DNA of 64,000 bases, taken from the NCBI GenBank assembly GCA_964016885.1, contig OZ024742.1, forward strand, positions 363,816,001 to 363,880,000. Direction: 5' to 3'. Below the pieces are notes generated by a model that saw nothing but the letters and a program-made list of their open reading frames with translations, searched no databases and was not told the DNA's origin. Source of the DNA: Eledone cirrhosa. Its lineage: Eukaryota. A program made the translations under genes and the position numbers. Shown one piece after another: positions 40,990-53,200 of the stretch (position 1 is the first letter of the stretch; each line of letters opens with the position of its first letter).

Positions 40990-43900
40990 ATGGAACTATC
41001 GTTGGTGCTAAGTTGGTAACAATGTCAGATGGAACTATCGTTGGTGCTAAGTTGGTAACAATGTCAGATGGAACTATCGTTGGTGCTAAGTTGGTAACAA
41101 TGTCAGATGGAACTATCCTTGGTGCTAAGTTGGTTCCAATGTCAGATGGAACTATCCTTTCTGCTAAGTTGGTAACAATGTCAGATGGAACTATCCTTGG
41201 TGCTAAGTTGGTTCCAATGTCAGATGGAACTATCCTTTCTGCTAAGTTGGTAACAATGTCAGATGGAACTATCCTTGGTGCTAAGTTGGTTCCAATGTCA
41301 GATGGAACTATCCTTGGTGCTAAGTTGGTTCCAATGTCAGATGGAACTATCGTTGGTGCTAAGTTGGTAACAATGTCAGATGGAACTATCGTTGGTGCTA
41401 AGTTGGTAACAATGTCAGATGGAACTATCCTTGGTGCTAAGTTGGTTCCAATGTCAGATGGAACTATCCTTTCTGCTAAGTTGGTAACAATGTCAGATGG
41501 AACTATCCTTGGTGCTAAGTTGGTTCCAATATCAGATGGAACTATCCTTTCTGCTAAGTTGGTAACAATGTCAGATGGAACTATCCTTGGTGCTAAGTTG
41601 GTTCCAATGTCAGATGGAACTATCCTTGGTGCTAAGTTGGTTCCAATGTCAGATGGAACTATCGTTGGTGCTAAGTTGGTAACAATGTCAGATGGAACTA
41701 TCGTTGGTGCTAAGTTGGTAACAATGTCAGATGGAACTATCCTTGGTGCTAAGTTGGTTCCAATGTCAGATGGAACTATCGTTGGTGCTAAGTTGGTAAC
41801 AATGTCAGATGGAACTATCGTTGGTGCTAAGTTGGTAACAATGTCAGATGGAACTATCCTTGGTGCTAAGTTGGTTCCAATGTCAGATGGAACTATCGTT
41901 GGTGCTAAGTTGGTTCCAATGTCAGATGGAACTATCGTTGGTGCTAAGTTGGTAACAATGTCAGATGGAACTATCCTTGCTGCTAAGTTGGTTCCAATGT
42001 CAGATGGAACTATCGTTGGTGCTAAGTTGGTAACAATGTCAGATGGAACTATCCTTGGTGCTAAGTTGGTTCCAATGTCAGATGGAACTATCGTTGGTGC
42101 TAAGTTGGTAACAATGTCAGATGGAACTATCCTTGGTGCTAAGTTGGTTCCAATGTCAGATGGAACTATCGTTGGTGCTAAGTTGGTAACAATGTAAGAT
42201 GGAACTATCCTTGGTGCTAAGTTGGTTCCAATGATAGATGGAACTATCGTTGGTGCTAAGTTGGTAACAATGTCAGATGGAACTATCCTTGGTGCTAAGT
42301 TGGTTCCAATGTCAGATGGAACTATCCTTTCTGCTAAGTTGGTAACAATGTCAGATGGAACTATCCTTGGTGCTAAGTTGGTAACAATGTCAGATGGAAC
42401 TATCCTTGGTGCTAAGTTGGTTCCAATGTCAGATGGAACTATCGTTGGTGCTAAGTTGGTAACAATGTCAGATGGAACTATCGTTGGTGCTAAGTTGGTA
42501 ACAATGTCAGATGGAACTATCCTTGGTGCTAAGTTGGTTCCAATGTCAGATGGAACTATCGTTGGTGCTAAGTTGGTAACAATGTCAGATGGAACTATTG
42601 TTGGTGATAAGTTGGTAACAATGTCAGATGGAACTATCCTTGGTGCTAAGTTGGTTCCAATGTCAGATGGAACTATCGTTGGTGCTAAGTTGGTAACAAT
42701 GTCAGATGGAACTATCCTTGGTGCTAAGTTGGTTCCAATGTCAGATGGAACTATCCTTTCTGCTAAGTTGGTAACAATGTTAGATGGAACTATCCTTGGT
42801 GCTAAGTTGGTAACAATGTCAGATGGAACTATCCTTGGTGCTAAGTTGGTAACAATGTCAGATGGAACTATCCTTGGTGCTAAGTTGGTTCCAATGTCAG
42901 ATGGAACTATCGTTGGTGCTAAGTTGGTAACAATGTCAGATGGAACTATCGTTGGTGCTAAGTTGGTAACAATGTCAGATGGAACTATCCTTGGTGCTAA
43001 GTTGGTTCCAATGTCAGATGGAACTATCGTTGGTGCTAAGTTGGTAACAATGTCAGATGGAACTATCCTTGGTGCTAAGTTGGTTCCAATGTCAGATGGA
43101 ACTATCCTTTCTGCTAAGTTGGTAACAATGTCAGATGGAACTATCCTTGGTGCTAAGTTGGTAACAATGTCAGATGGAACTATCCTTGGTGCTAAGTTGG
43201 TAACAATGTCAGATGGAACTATCCTTGGTGCTAAGTTGGTTCCAATGTCAGATGGAACTATCGTTGGTGCTAAGTTGGTAACAATGTCAGTTGGAACTAT
43301 CGTTGGTGCTAAGTTGGTAACAATGTCAGATGGAACTATCCTTGGTGCTAAGTTGGTTCCAATGTCAGATGGAACTATCGTTGGTGCTAAGTTGGTAACA
43401 ATGTCAGATGGAACTATCCTTGGTGCTAAGTTGGTTCCAATGTCAGATGGAACTATCCTTTCTGCTAAGTTGGTAACAATGTCAGATGGAACTATCCTTG
43501 GTGCTAAGTTGGTAACAATGTCAGATGGAACTATCCTTGGTGCTAAGTTGGTAACAATGTCAGATGGAACTATCCTTGGTGCTAAGTTGGTTCCAATGTC
43601 AGATGGAACTATCGTTGGTGCTAAGTTGGTAACAATGTCAGATGGAACTATCGTTGGTGCTAAGTTGGTAACAATGTCAGATGGAACTATCCTTGGTGCT
43701 AAGTTGGTTCCAATGTCAGATGGAACTATCGTTGGTGCTAAGTTGGTAACAATGTCAGATGGAACTATCCTTGGTGCTAAGTTGGTTCCAATGTCAGATG
43801 GAACTATCCTTTCTGCTAAGTTGGTAACAATGTCAGATGGAACTATCCTTGGTGCTAAGTTGGTAACAATGTCAGATGGAACTATCCTTGGTGCTAAGTT

Positions 43901-46900
43901 GGTAACAATGTCAGATGGAACTATCCTTGGTGCTAAGTTGGTTCCAATGTCAGATGGAACTATCGTTGGTGCTAAGTTGGTAACAATGTCAGATGGAACT
44001 ATCGTTGGTGCTAAGTTGGTAACAATGTCAGATGGAACTATCCTTGGTGCTAAGTTGGTTCCAATGTCAGATGGAACTATCGTTGGTGCTAAGTTGGTAA
44101 CAATGTCAGATGGAACTATCCTTGGTGCTAAGTTGGTTCCAATGTCAGATGGAACTATCCTTTCTGCTAAGTTGGTAACAATGTCAGATGGAACTATCCT
44201 TGGTGCTAAGTTGGTAACAATGTCAGATGGAACTATCCTTGGTGCTAAGTTGGTAACAATGTCAGATGGAACTATCCTTGGTGCTAAGTTGGTTCCAATG
44301 TCAGATGGAACTATCGTTGGTGCTAAGTTGGTAACAATGTCAGATGGAACTATCCTTGGTGCTAAGTTGGTTCCAATGTCAGATGGAACTATCGTTGGTG
44401 CTAAGTTGGTAACAATGTCAGATGGAACTATCCTTGGTGCTAAGTTGGTTCCAATGTCAGATGGAACTATCGTTGGTGCTAAGTTGGTAACAATGTCAGA
44501 TGGAACAATCCTTGGTGCTAAGTTGGTTCCAATGTCAGATGGAACTATCCTTTCTGCTAAGTTGGTAACAATGTCAGATGGAACTATCCTTGGTGCTAAG
44601 TTGGTAACAATGTCAGATGGAACTATCCTTGGTGCTAAGTTGGTTCCAATGTCAGATGGAACTATCCTTGGTGCTAAGTTGGTTCCAATGTCAGATGGAA
44701 CTATCGTTGGTGCTAAGTTGGTAACAATGTCAGATGGAACTATCGTTGGTGCTAAGTTGGTAACAATGTCAGATGGAACTATCCTTGGTGCTAAGTTGGT
44801 TCCAATGTCAGATGGAACTATCGTTGGTGCTAAGTTGGTAACAATGTCAGATGGAACTATCGTTGGTGCTAAGTTGGTAACAATGTCAGATGGAACTATC
44901 CTAGGTGCTAAGTTGGTTCCAATGTCAGATGGAACTATCGTTGGTGCTAAGTTGGTAACAATGTCAGATGGAACTATCCTTGGTGCTAAGTTGGTTCCAA
45001 TGTCAGATGGAACTATCCTTTCTGCTAAGTTGGTAACAATGTCAGATGGAACTATCCTTGGTGCTAAGTTGGTAACAATGTCAGATGGAACTATCCTTGG
45101 TGCTAAGTTGGTTCCAATGTCAGATGGAACTATCCTTGGTGCTAAGTTGGTTCCAATGTCAGATGGAACTATCGTTGGTGCTAAGTTGGTAACAATGTCA
45201 GATGGAACTATCGTTGGTGCTAAGTTGGTAACAATGTCAGATGGAACTATCCTTGGTGCTAAGTTGGTTCCAATGTCAGATGGAACTATCGTTGGTGCTA
45301 AGTTGGTAACAATGTCAGATGGAACTATCCTTGGTGCTAAGTTGGTTCCAATGTCAGATGGAACTATCGTTGGTGCTAAGTTGGTAACAATGTCAGATGG
45401 AACTATCCTTGGTGCTAAGTTGGTTCCAATGTCAGATGGAACTATCGTTGGTGCTAAGTTGGTAACAATGTCAGATGGAACTATCCTTGGTGCTAAGTTG
45501 GTTCCAATGTCAGATGGAACTATCGTTGGTGCTAAGTTGGTAACAATGTCAGATGGAACTATCCTTGGTGCTAAGTTGGTTCCAATGTCAGATGGAACTA
45601 TCGTTGGTGCTAAGTTGGTAACAATGTCAGATGGAACTATCCTTGGTGCTAAGTTGGTTCCAATGTCAGATGGAACTATCGTTGGTGCTAAGTTGGTAAC
45701 AATGTCAGATGGAACTATCCTTGGTGATAAGTTGGTTCCAATGTCAGATGGAACTATCCAAGCTGCTAAGTTGGTAACAATGTCAGATGGAACTATCCTT
45801 GGTGCTAAGTTGGTTCCAATGTCAGATGGAACTATCCTTGGTGCTAAGTTGGTTCCAATGTCAGATGGAACTATCGTTGGTGCTAAGTTGGTAACAATGT
45901 CAGATGGAACTATCCTTGGTGCTAAGTTGGTTCCAATGTCAGATGGAACTATCCTTTCTGCTAAGTTGGTTACAATGTCAGATGGAACTATCCTTGGGGC
46001 TAAGTTGGTTACAATGTCAGATGGAACTATCCTTGGTGCTAAGTTGGTTACAATGTCAGATGGAACTATCCTTGGTGCTAAGTTGGTTACAATGTCAGAT
46101 GGAACTATCCTTGGTGCTAAGTTGGTTACAATGTCAGATGGAACTATCCTTGGTGCTAAGTTTGTTAGAATGTCAGATGGAACTGTCCTAGCTGCTAAAT
46201 TGGTTACAATGTCAGATTGAACTATCCTTGGTGCTAAGTTGGTTACAATGTCAGATGGAACTATCCTTGGTGCTAAGTTGGTTAGAATGTCAGATGGAAC
46301 TATCCTTGCTGCTAAGTTGGTTAGAATGTCAGATGGAATTATTCTTGGTGCTAAGTTGGTTACAGTGTCAGATGGAACTATCCTTGGTGCTAAGTTGGTT
46401 AGAATGTCAGATGGAACTATCCTTGGTGCTAAGTTTGTTACAATGTCAGATGGAACTATCCTTGCTGCTAAGTTGGTTAGAATGTCAGATGGAACTATCC
46501 TTGCTGCTAAGTTGGTTAGAATGTCAGATGGAATTATCCTTGGTGCTAAGTTGGTTAGAATGTCAGATGGAACTATCCTTGGTGCTAAGTTTGTTACAAT
46601 GTCAGATGGAACTATCCTTCCTGCTAAGTTGGTTAGAATGTCAGATGGAACTATCCTTGGTGCTAAGTTTGTTACAATGTCAGATGGAACTATCCTAGCT
46701 GCTAAGTTGGTTAGAATGTCAGATGGAACTATCCTTGCTGCTAAGTTGGTTAGAATGTCAGATGGAATTATCCTTGGTGCTAAGTTGGTTCCAATGTCAG
46801 ATGGATCTATCGTTGGTGCTAAGTTGGTAACAATGTCAGATGGAACTATCGTTGGTGCTAAGTTGGTAACAATGTCAGATGGAACTATCCTTGGTGCTAA

Positions 46901-49060
46901 GTTGGTTCCAATGTCAGATGGAACTATCGTTGGTGCTAAGTTGGTAACAATGTCAGATGGAACTATCGTTGGTGCTAAGTTGGTAACAATGTCAGATGGA
47001 ACTATCGTTGGTGCTAAGTTGGTAACAATGTCAGATGGAACTATCGTTGGTGCTAAGTTGGTAACAATGTCAGATGGAACTATCCTTGGTGCTAAGTTGG
47101 TTCCAATGTCAGATGGAACTATCGTTGGTGCTAAGTTGGTAACAATGTCAGATGGAACTATCCTTGGTGCTAAGTTGGTTCCAATGTCAGATGGAACTAT
47201 CGTTGGTGCTAAGTTGGTAACAATGTCAGATGGAACTATCCTTGGTGCTAAGTTGGTTCCAATGTCAGATGGAACTATCCTTTCTGCTAAGTTGGTAACA
47301 ATGTCAGATGGAACTATCCTTGGTGCTAAGTTGGTAACAATGTCAGATGGAACTATCCTTGGTGCTAAGTTGGTAACAATGTCAGATGGAACTATCCTTG
47401 GTGCTAAGTTGGTTCCAATGTCAGATGGAACTATCGTTGGTGCTAAGTTGGTTCCAATGTCAGATGGAACTATCGTTGGTGCTAAGTTGGTAACAATGTC
47501 AGATGGAACTATCGTTGGTGCTAAGTTGGTAACAATGTCAGATGGAACTATCGTTGGTGCTAAGTTGGTAACAATGTCAGATGGAACTATCCTTGGTGCT
47601 AAGTTGGTTCCAATGTCAGATGGAACTATCGTTGGTGCTAAGTTGGTAACAATGTCAGATGGAACTATCCTTGGTGCTAAGTTGGTTCCAATGTCAGATG
47701 GAACTATCGTTGGTGCTAAGTTGGTAACAATGTCAGATGGAACTATCCTTGGTGCTAAGTTGGTTCCAATGTCAGATGGAACTATCCTTTCTGCTAAGTT
47801 GGTAACAATGTCAGATGGAACTATCCTTGGTGCTAAGTTGGTAACAATGTCAGATGGAACTATCCTTGGTGCTAAGTTGGTAACAATGTCAGATGGAACT
47901 ATCGTTGGTGCTAAGTTGGTAACAATGTCAGATGGAACTATCGTTGGTGCTAAGTTGGTAACAATGTCAGATGGAACTATCCTTGGTGCTAAGTTGGTTC
48001 CAATGTCAGATGGAACTATCGTTGGTGCTAAGTTGGTAACAATGTCAGATGGAACTATCCTTGGTGCTAAGTTGGTTCCAATGTCAGATGGAACTATCGT
48101 TGGTGCTAAGTTGGTAACAATGTCAGATGGAACAATCCTTGGTGCTAAGTTGGTTCCAATGTCAGATGGAACTATCCTTTCTGCTAAGTTGGTAACAATG
48201 TCAGATGGAACTATCCTTGGTGCTAAGTTGGTAACAATGTCAGATGGAACTATCCTTGGTGCTAAGTTGGTTCCAATGTCAGATGGAACTATCCTTGGTG
48301 CTAAGTTGGTTCCAATGTCAGATGGAACTATCCTTGGTGCTAAGTTGGTTCCAATGTCAGATGGAACTATCGTTGGTGCTAAGTTGGTAACAATGTCAGA
48401 TGGAACTATCGTTGGTGCTAAGTTGGTAACAATGTCAGATGGAACTATCCTAGGTGCGAAGTTGGTTCCAATGTCAGATGGAACTATCGTTGGTGCTAAG
48501 TTGGTAACAATGTCAGATGGAACTATCCTTGGTGCTAAGTTGGTTCCAATGTCAGATGGAACTATCCTTTCTGCTAAGTTGGTAACAATGTCAGATGGAA
48601 CTATCCTTGGTGCTAAGTTGGTAACAATGTCAGATGGAACTATCCCTGGTGCTAAGTTGGTTCCAATGTCAGATGGAACTATCCTTGGTGCTAAGTTGGT
48701 TCCAATGTCAGATGGAACTATCGTTGGTGCTAAGTTGGTAACAATGTCAGATGGAACTATCGTTGGTGCTAAGTTGGTAACAATGTCAGATGGAACTATC
48801 CTTGGTGCTAAGTTGGTTCCAATGTCAGATGGAACTATCGTTGGTGCTAAGTTGGTAACAATGTCAGATGGAACTATCCTTGGTGCTAAGTTGGTTCCAA
48901 TGTCAGATGGAACTATCGTTGGTGCTAAGTTGGTAACAATGTCAGATGGAACTATCCTTGGTGCTAAGTTGGTTCCAATGTCAGATGGAACTATCCTTGG
49001 TGCTAAGTTGGTTCCAATGTCAGATGGAACTATCGTTGGTGCTAAGTTGGTAACAATGTC
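40990..49060. repeat. Homogenised subfamily domain: GGT units ending GTAACA or GTTCCA, frequent ATCGTT, periodic CTTTCT
   Basis: AGA-ending units are nearly absent here except in an island at about 46150-46790. Confidence 0.88.
42738..44300. repeat. Local 9-mer (351-bp) higher-order repeat
   Basis: The TCT variant occurs at 42759, 43110, 43461, 43812 and 44163 (351-bp spacing). Flanking intervals are 11, 10 and 12 units. Confidence 0.88.
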
Positions 49061-50295
49061 AGATGGAACTATCCTTGGTGCTAAGTTGGTTCCAATGTCA
49101 GATGGAACTATCCTTTCTGCTAAGTTGGTTACAATGTCAGATGGAACTATCCTTGGGGCTAAGTTGGTTACAATGTCAGATGGAACTATCCTTGGTGCTA
49201 AGTTGGTTACAATGTCAGATGGAACTATCCTTGGTGCTAAGTGGGTTAGAATGTCAGATGGAACTATCCTTGCTGCTAAGTTGGTTAGTATGTCAGATGG
49301 AACTATCCTTGCTGCTAAGTTGGTTCCAATGTCAGATGGAACTATCCTTGTTGCTAAGTTGGTTAGAATGTCAGATGGAACTATCCTTGGTGCTAAGTTG
49401 GTTAGAATGTCAGATGGAACTATCCTTGGTGCTAAGTTTGTTACAATGTCAGATGGAACTATCCTTGCTGCTAAGTTGGTTAGAATGTCAGATGGAACTA
49501 TCCTTGGTGCTAAGTTGGTTAGAATGTCAGATGGAACTATCCTTGCTGCTAAGTTGGTTAGAATGTCAGATGGAACTATCCTTGGTGCTAAGTTGGTTAG
49601 AATGTCAGATGGAACTATCCTTGCTGCTAAGTTGGTTAGAATGTCAGATGGAATTATTCTTGGTGCTACGTTGGTTAGAATGTCAGATGGAACTATCCTT
49701 GGTGCTAAGTTTGTTACAATGTCAGATGGAACTATCCTTGCTGCTAAGTTGGTTAGAATGTCAGATGGAATTATTCTTGGTGCTAAGTTGGTTAGAATGT
49801 CAGATGGAACTATCCTTGCTGCTAAGTTGGTTAGAATGTCAGATGGAATTATCCTTGGTGCTAAGTTGGTTAGAATGTCAGATGGAACTATCCTTGGTGC
49901 TAAGTTTGTTACAATGTCAGATGGAACTATCCTAGCTGCTAAATTGGTTAGAATGTCAGATGGAACTATCCTTGCTGCTAAGTTGGTTAGAATGTCAGAT
50001 GGAATTATCCTTGGTGCTAAGTTGGTTAGAATGTCAGATGGAATTATCTTGGTGCTAAGTTGGTTCCAATGTCAGATGGAACTATCCTTCCTGCTAAGTT
50101 GGTTACAATGTCAGATGGAACTATCCTTGCTGCTAAGTTGGTTAGAATGTCAGATGGAACTATCCTTGGTGCTAAGTTGGTTAGAATGTCAGATGGAATT
50201 ATCTTGGTGCTAAGTTGGTTCCAATGTCAGATGGAACTATCCTTCCTGCTAAGTTGGTTACAATGTCAGATGGAACTGTCCTTGCTGCTAAATTT

Positions 50296-53200
50296 GTTTA
50301 CAATGTCAGATGGAACTATCCTTGCTGCTAAGTTGGTTAGAATGTCAGATGGAACTATTGATGGTGCTAAGTTGGTTACAATGTCAGATGGAACTATCCT
50401 TGCTGCTAAGTTGGTTCCAATGTCAAATGGAACTATCCTTGCTGCTAAGTTGGTTAGAATGTCAGATGGAACTATCCTTGCTGCTAAGTTGGTTAGAATG
50501 TCAGATGGAACTATCCTTGCTGCTAAGTTGGTTCCAATGTCAGATGGAACTATCCTTGCTGCTAAGTTGGTTAGAATGTCAGATGGAACTATCCTTGCTG
50601 CTAAGTTGGTTAGAATGTCAGATGGAACTATCCTTGCTGCTAAGTTGGTTAGAATGTCAGATGGAACTATCCTTGGTGCTAAGTTGGTTCCAATGTCAGA
50701 TGGAACTATCCTTGCTGCTAAGTTGGTTAGAATGTCAGATGAAACTATCCTTGCTGCTAAGTTGGTTAGAATGTCAGATGGAACTATCCTTGCTGCTAAG
50801 TTGGTTAGAATGTCAGATGGAACTATCCTTGCTGCTAAGTTGGTTCCAATGTCAGATGGAACTATCCTTGCTGCTAAGTTGGTTAGAATGTCAGATGAAA
50901 CTATCCTTGGTGCTAAGTTGGTTCCAATGTCAGATGGAACTATCCTTGCTGCTAAGTTGGTTAGAATGTCAGATGAAACTATCCTTGCTGCTAAGTTGGT
51001 TCCAATGTCAGATGGAACTATCCTTGCTGCTAAGTTGGTTAGAATGTCAGATGGAACTATCCTTGGTGCTAAGTTGGTAACAATGTCAGATGGAACTATC
51101 CTTGGTGCTAAGTTGGTTCCAATGTCAGATGGAACTATCCTTTCTGCTAAGTTGGTTACAATGTCAGATGGAACTATCCTTGGTTCTAAGTTGGTTACAA
51201 TGTCAGATGGAACTGTCCTAGCTGCTAAATTGGTTACAATGTCAGATTGAACTATCCTTGCTGCTAAGTTGGTTAGAATGTCAGATGGAACTATCCTTGC
51301 TGCTAAGTTGGTTAGAATGTCAGATGGAACTATCCTTGCTGATAAATTGGTTGGAATGTCAGATGGAACTATCCTTCCTGCTAAGTTGGTTAGAATGTCA
51401 GATGGAACTATCCTTGCTGCTAAGTTGGTTAGAATGTCAGATGGAACTATCCTTGCTGATAAATTGGTTAGAATGTCAGATGGAACTATCCTTGCTGCTA
51501 AGTTGGTTAGAATGTCAGATGGAACTATCCTTGCTGCTAAGTTGGTTAGAATGTCAGATGGAACTATCCTTGCTGCTAAGTTGGTTAGAATGTCAGATGG
51601 AACTATCCTAGCTGCTAAGTTGGTTAGAATGTCAGATGGATCTATCCTTGGTGCTAAGTTGGTTCCAATGTCAGATGGAACTATCCTTGCTGCTAAGTTG
51701 GTTAGAATGTCAGATGGAACTATCCTTGCTGCTAAGTTGATTAGAATGTCAGATGGAACTATCCTTGGTGCTAAGTTGGTTAGAATGTCAGATGGAACTA
51801 TCCTTGGTGCTAAGTTGGTTCCAATGTCAGATGGAACTATCCTTGCTGCTAAGTTGGTTAGAATGTCAGATGGAACTATCCTAGCTGCTAAGTTGGTTAG
51901 AATGTCAGATGGATCTATCCTTGGTGCTAAGTTGGTTCCAATGTCAGATGGAACTATCCTTGCTGCTAAGTTGGTTAGAATGTCAGATGGAACTATCCTT
52001 GCTGCTAAGTTGGTTAGAATGTCAGATGGAACTATCCTTGGTGCTAAGTTGGTTAGAATGTCAGATGGAACTATCCTTGGTGCTAAGTTGGTTAGAATGT
52101 CAGATGGAACTATCCAAGCTGCTAAGTTGGTTAGAATGTCAGATGGAACTATCATTGCTGCTAAGTTGGTTAGAATGTCAGATGGAACTATCCAAGCTGC
52201 TAAGTTGGTTAGAATGTCAGATGGAACTATACTTGCTGCTAAGTTGGTTAGAATGTCAGATGGAACTATCCAAGCTGCTAAGTTGGTTAGAATGTCAGAT
52301 GGAACTATCCTTGCTGCTAAGTTGGTTAGAATGTCAGATGGAACTATCCAAGCTGCTAAGTTGGTTAGAATGTCAGATGGAACTATCCTTGCTGCTAAGT
52401 TGGTTAGAATGTCAGATGGAACTATCCAAGCTACTAAGTTGGTTAGAATGTCAGATGGAACTATCCTTGCTGCTAAGTTGGTTAGAATGTCAGATGGAAC
52501 TATCCAAGCTGCTAAGTTGGTTAGAATGTCAGATGGAACTATCCTTGCTGCTAAGTTGGTTAGAATGTCAGATGGAACTATCCAAGCTGCTAAGTTGGTT
52601 AGAATGTCAGATGGAACTATCCTTGCTGCTAAGTTGGTTAGAATGTCAGATGGAACTATCCTTGCTGCTAAGTTGGTTAGAATGTCAGATGGAACTATCC
52701 TTGGTGCTAAGTTGGTTAGAATGTCAGATGGAACTATCCTTGGTGCTAAGTTGGTTAGAATGTCAGATGGAACTATCCTTGCTGCTAAGTTGGTTAGAAT
52801 GTCAGATGGAACTATCCTTGCTGATAAATTGGTTAGAATGTCAGATGGAACTATCCTTGCTGCTAAGTTGGTTAGAATGTCAGATGGAACTATCCTTGCT
52901 GCTAAGTTGGTTAGAATGTCAGATGGAACTATCCTTGCTGCTAAGTTGGTTAGAATGTCAGATGGAACTATCCTAGCTGCTAAGTTGGTTAGAATGTCAG
53001 ATGGATCTATCCTTGGTGCTAAGTTGGTTCCAATGTCAGATGGAACTATCCTTGCTGCTAAGTTGGTTAGAATGTCAGATGAAACTATCCTTGCTGCTAA
53101 GTTGGTTCCAATGTCAGATGGAACTATCCTTGCTGCTAAGTTGGTTAGAATGTCAGATGGAACTATCCTTGGTGCTAAGTTGGTAACAATGTCAGATGGA

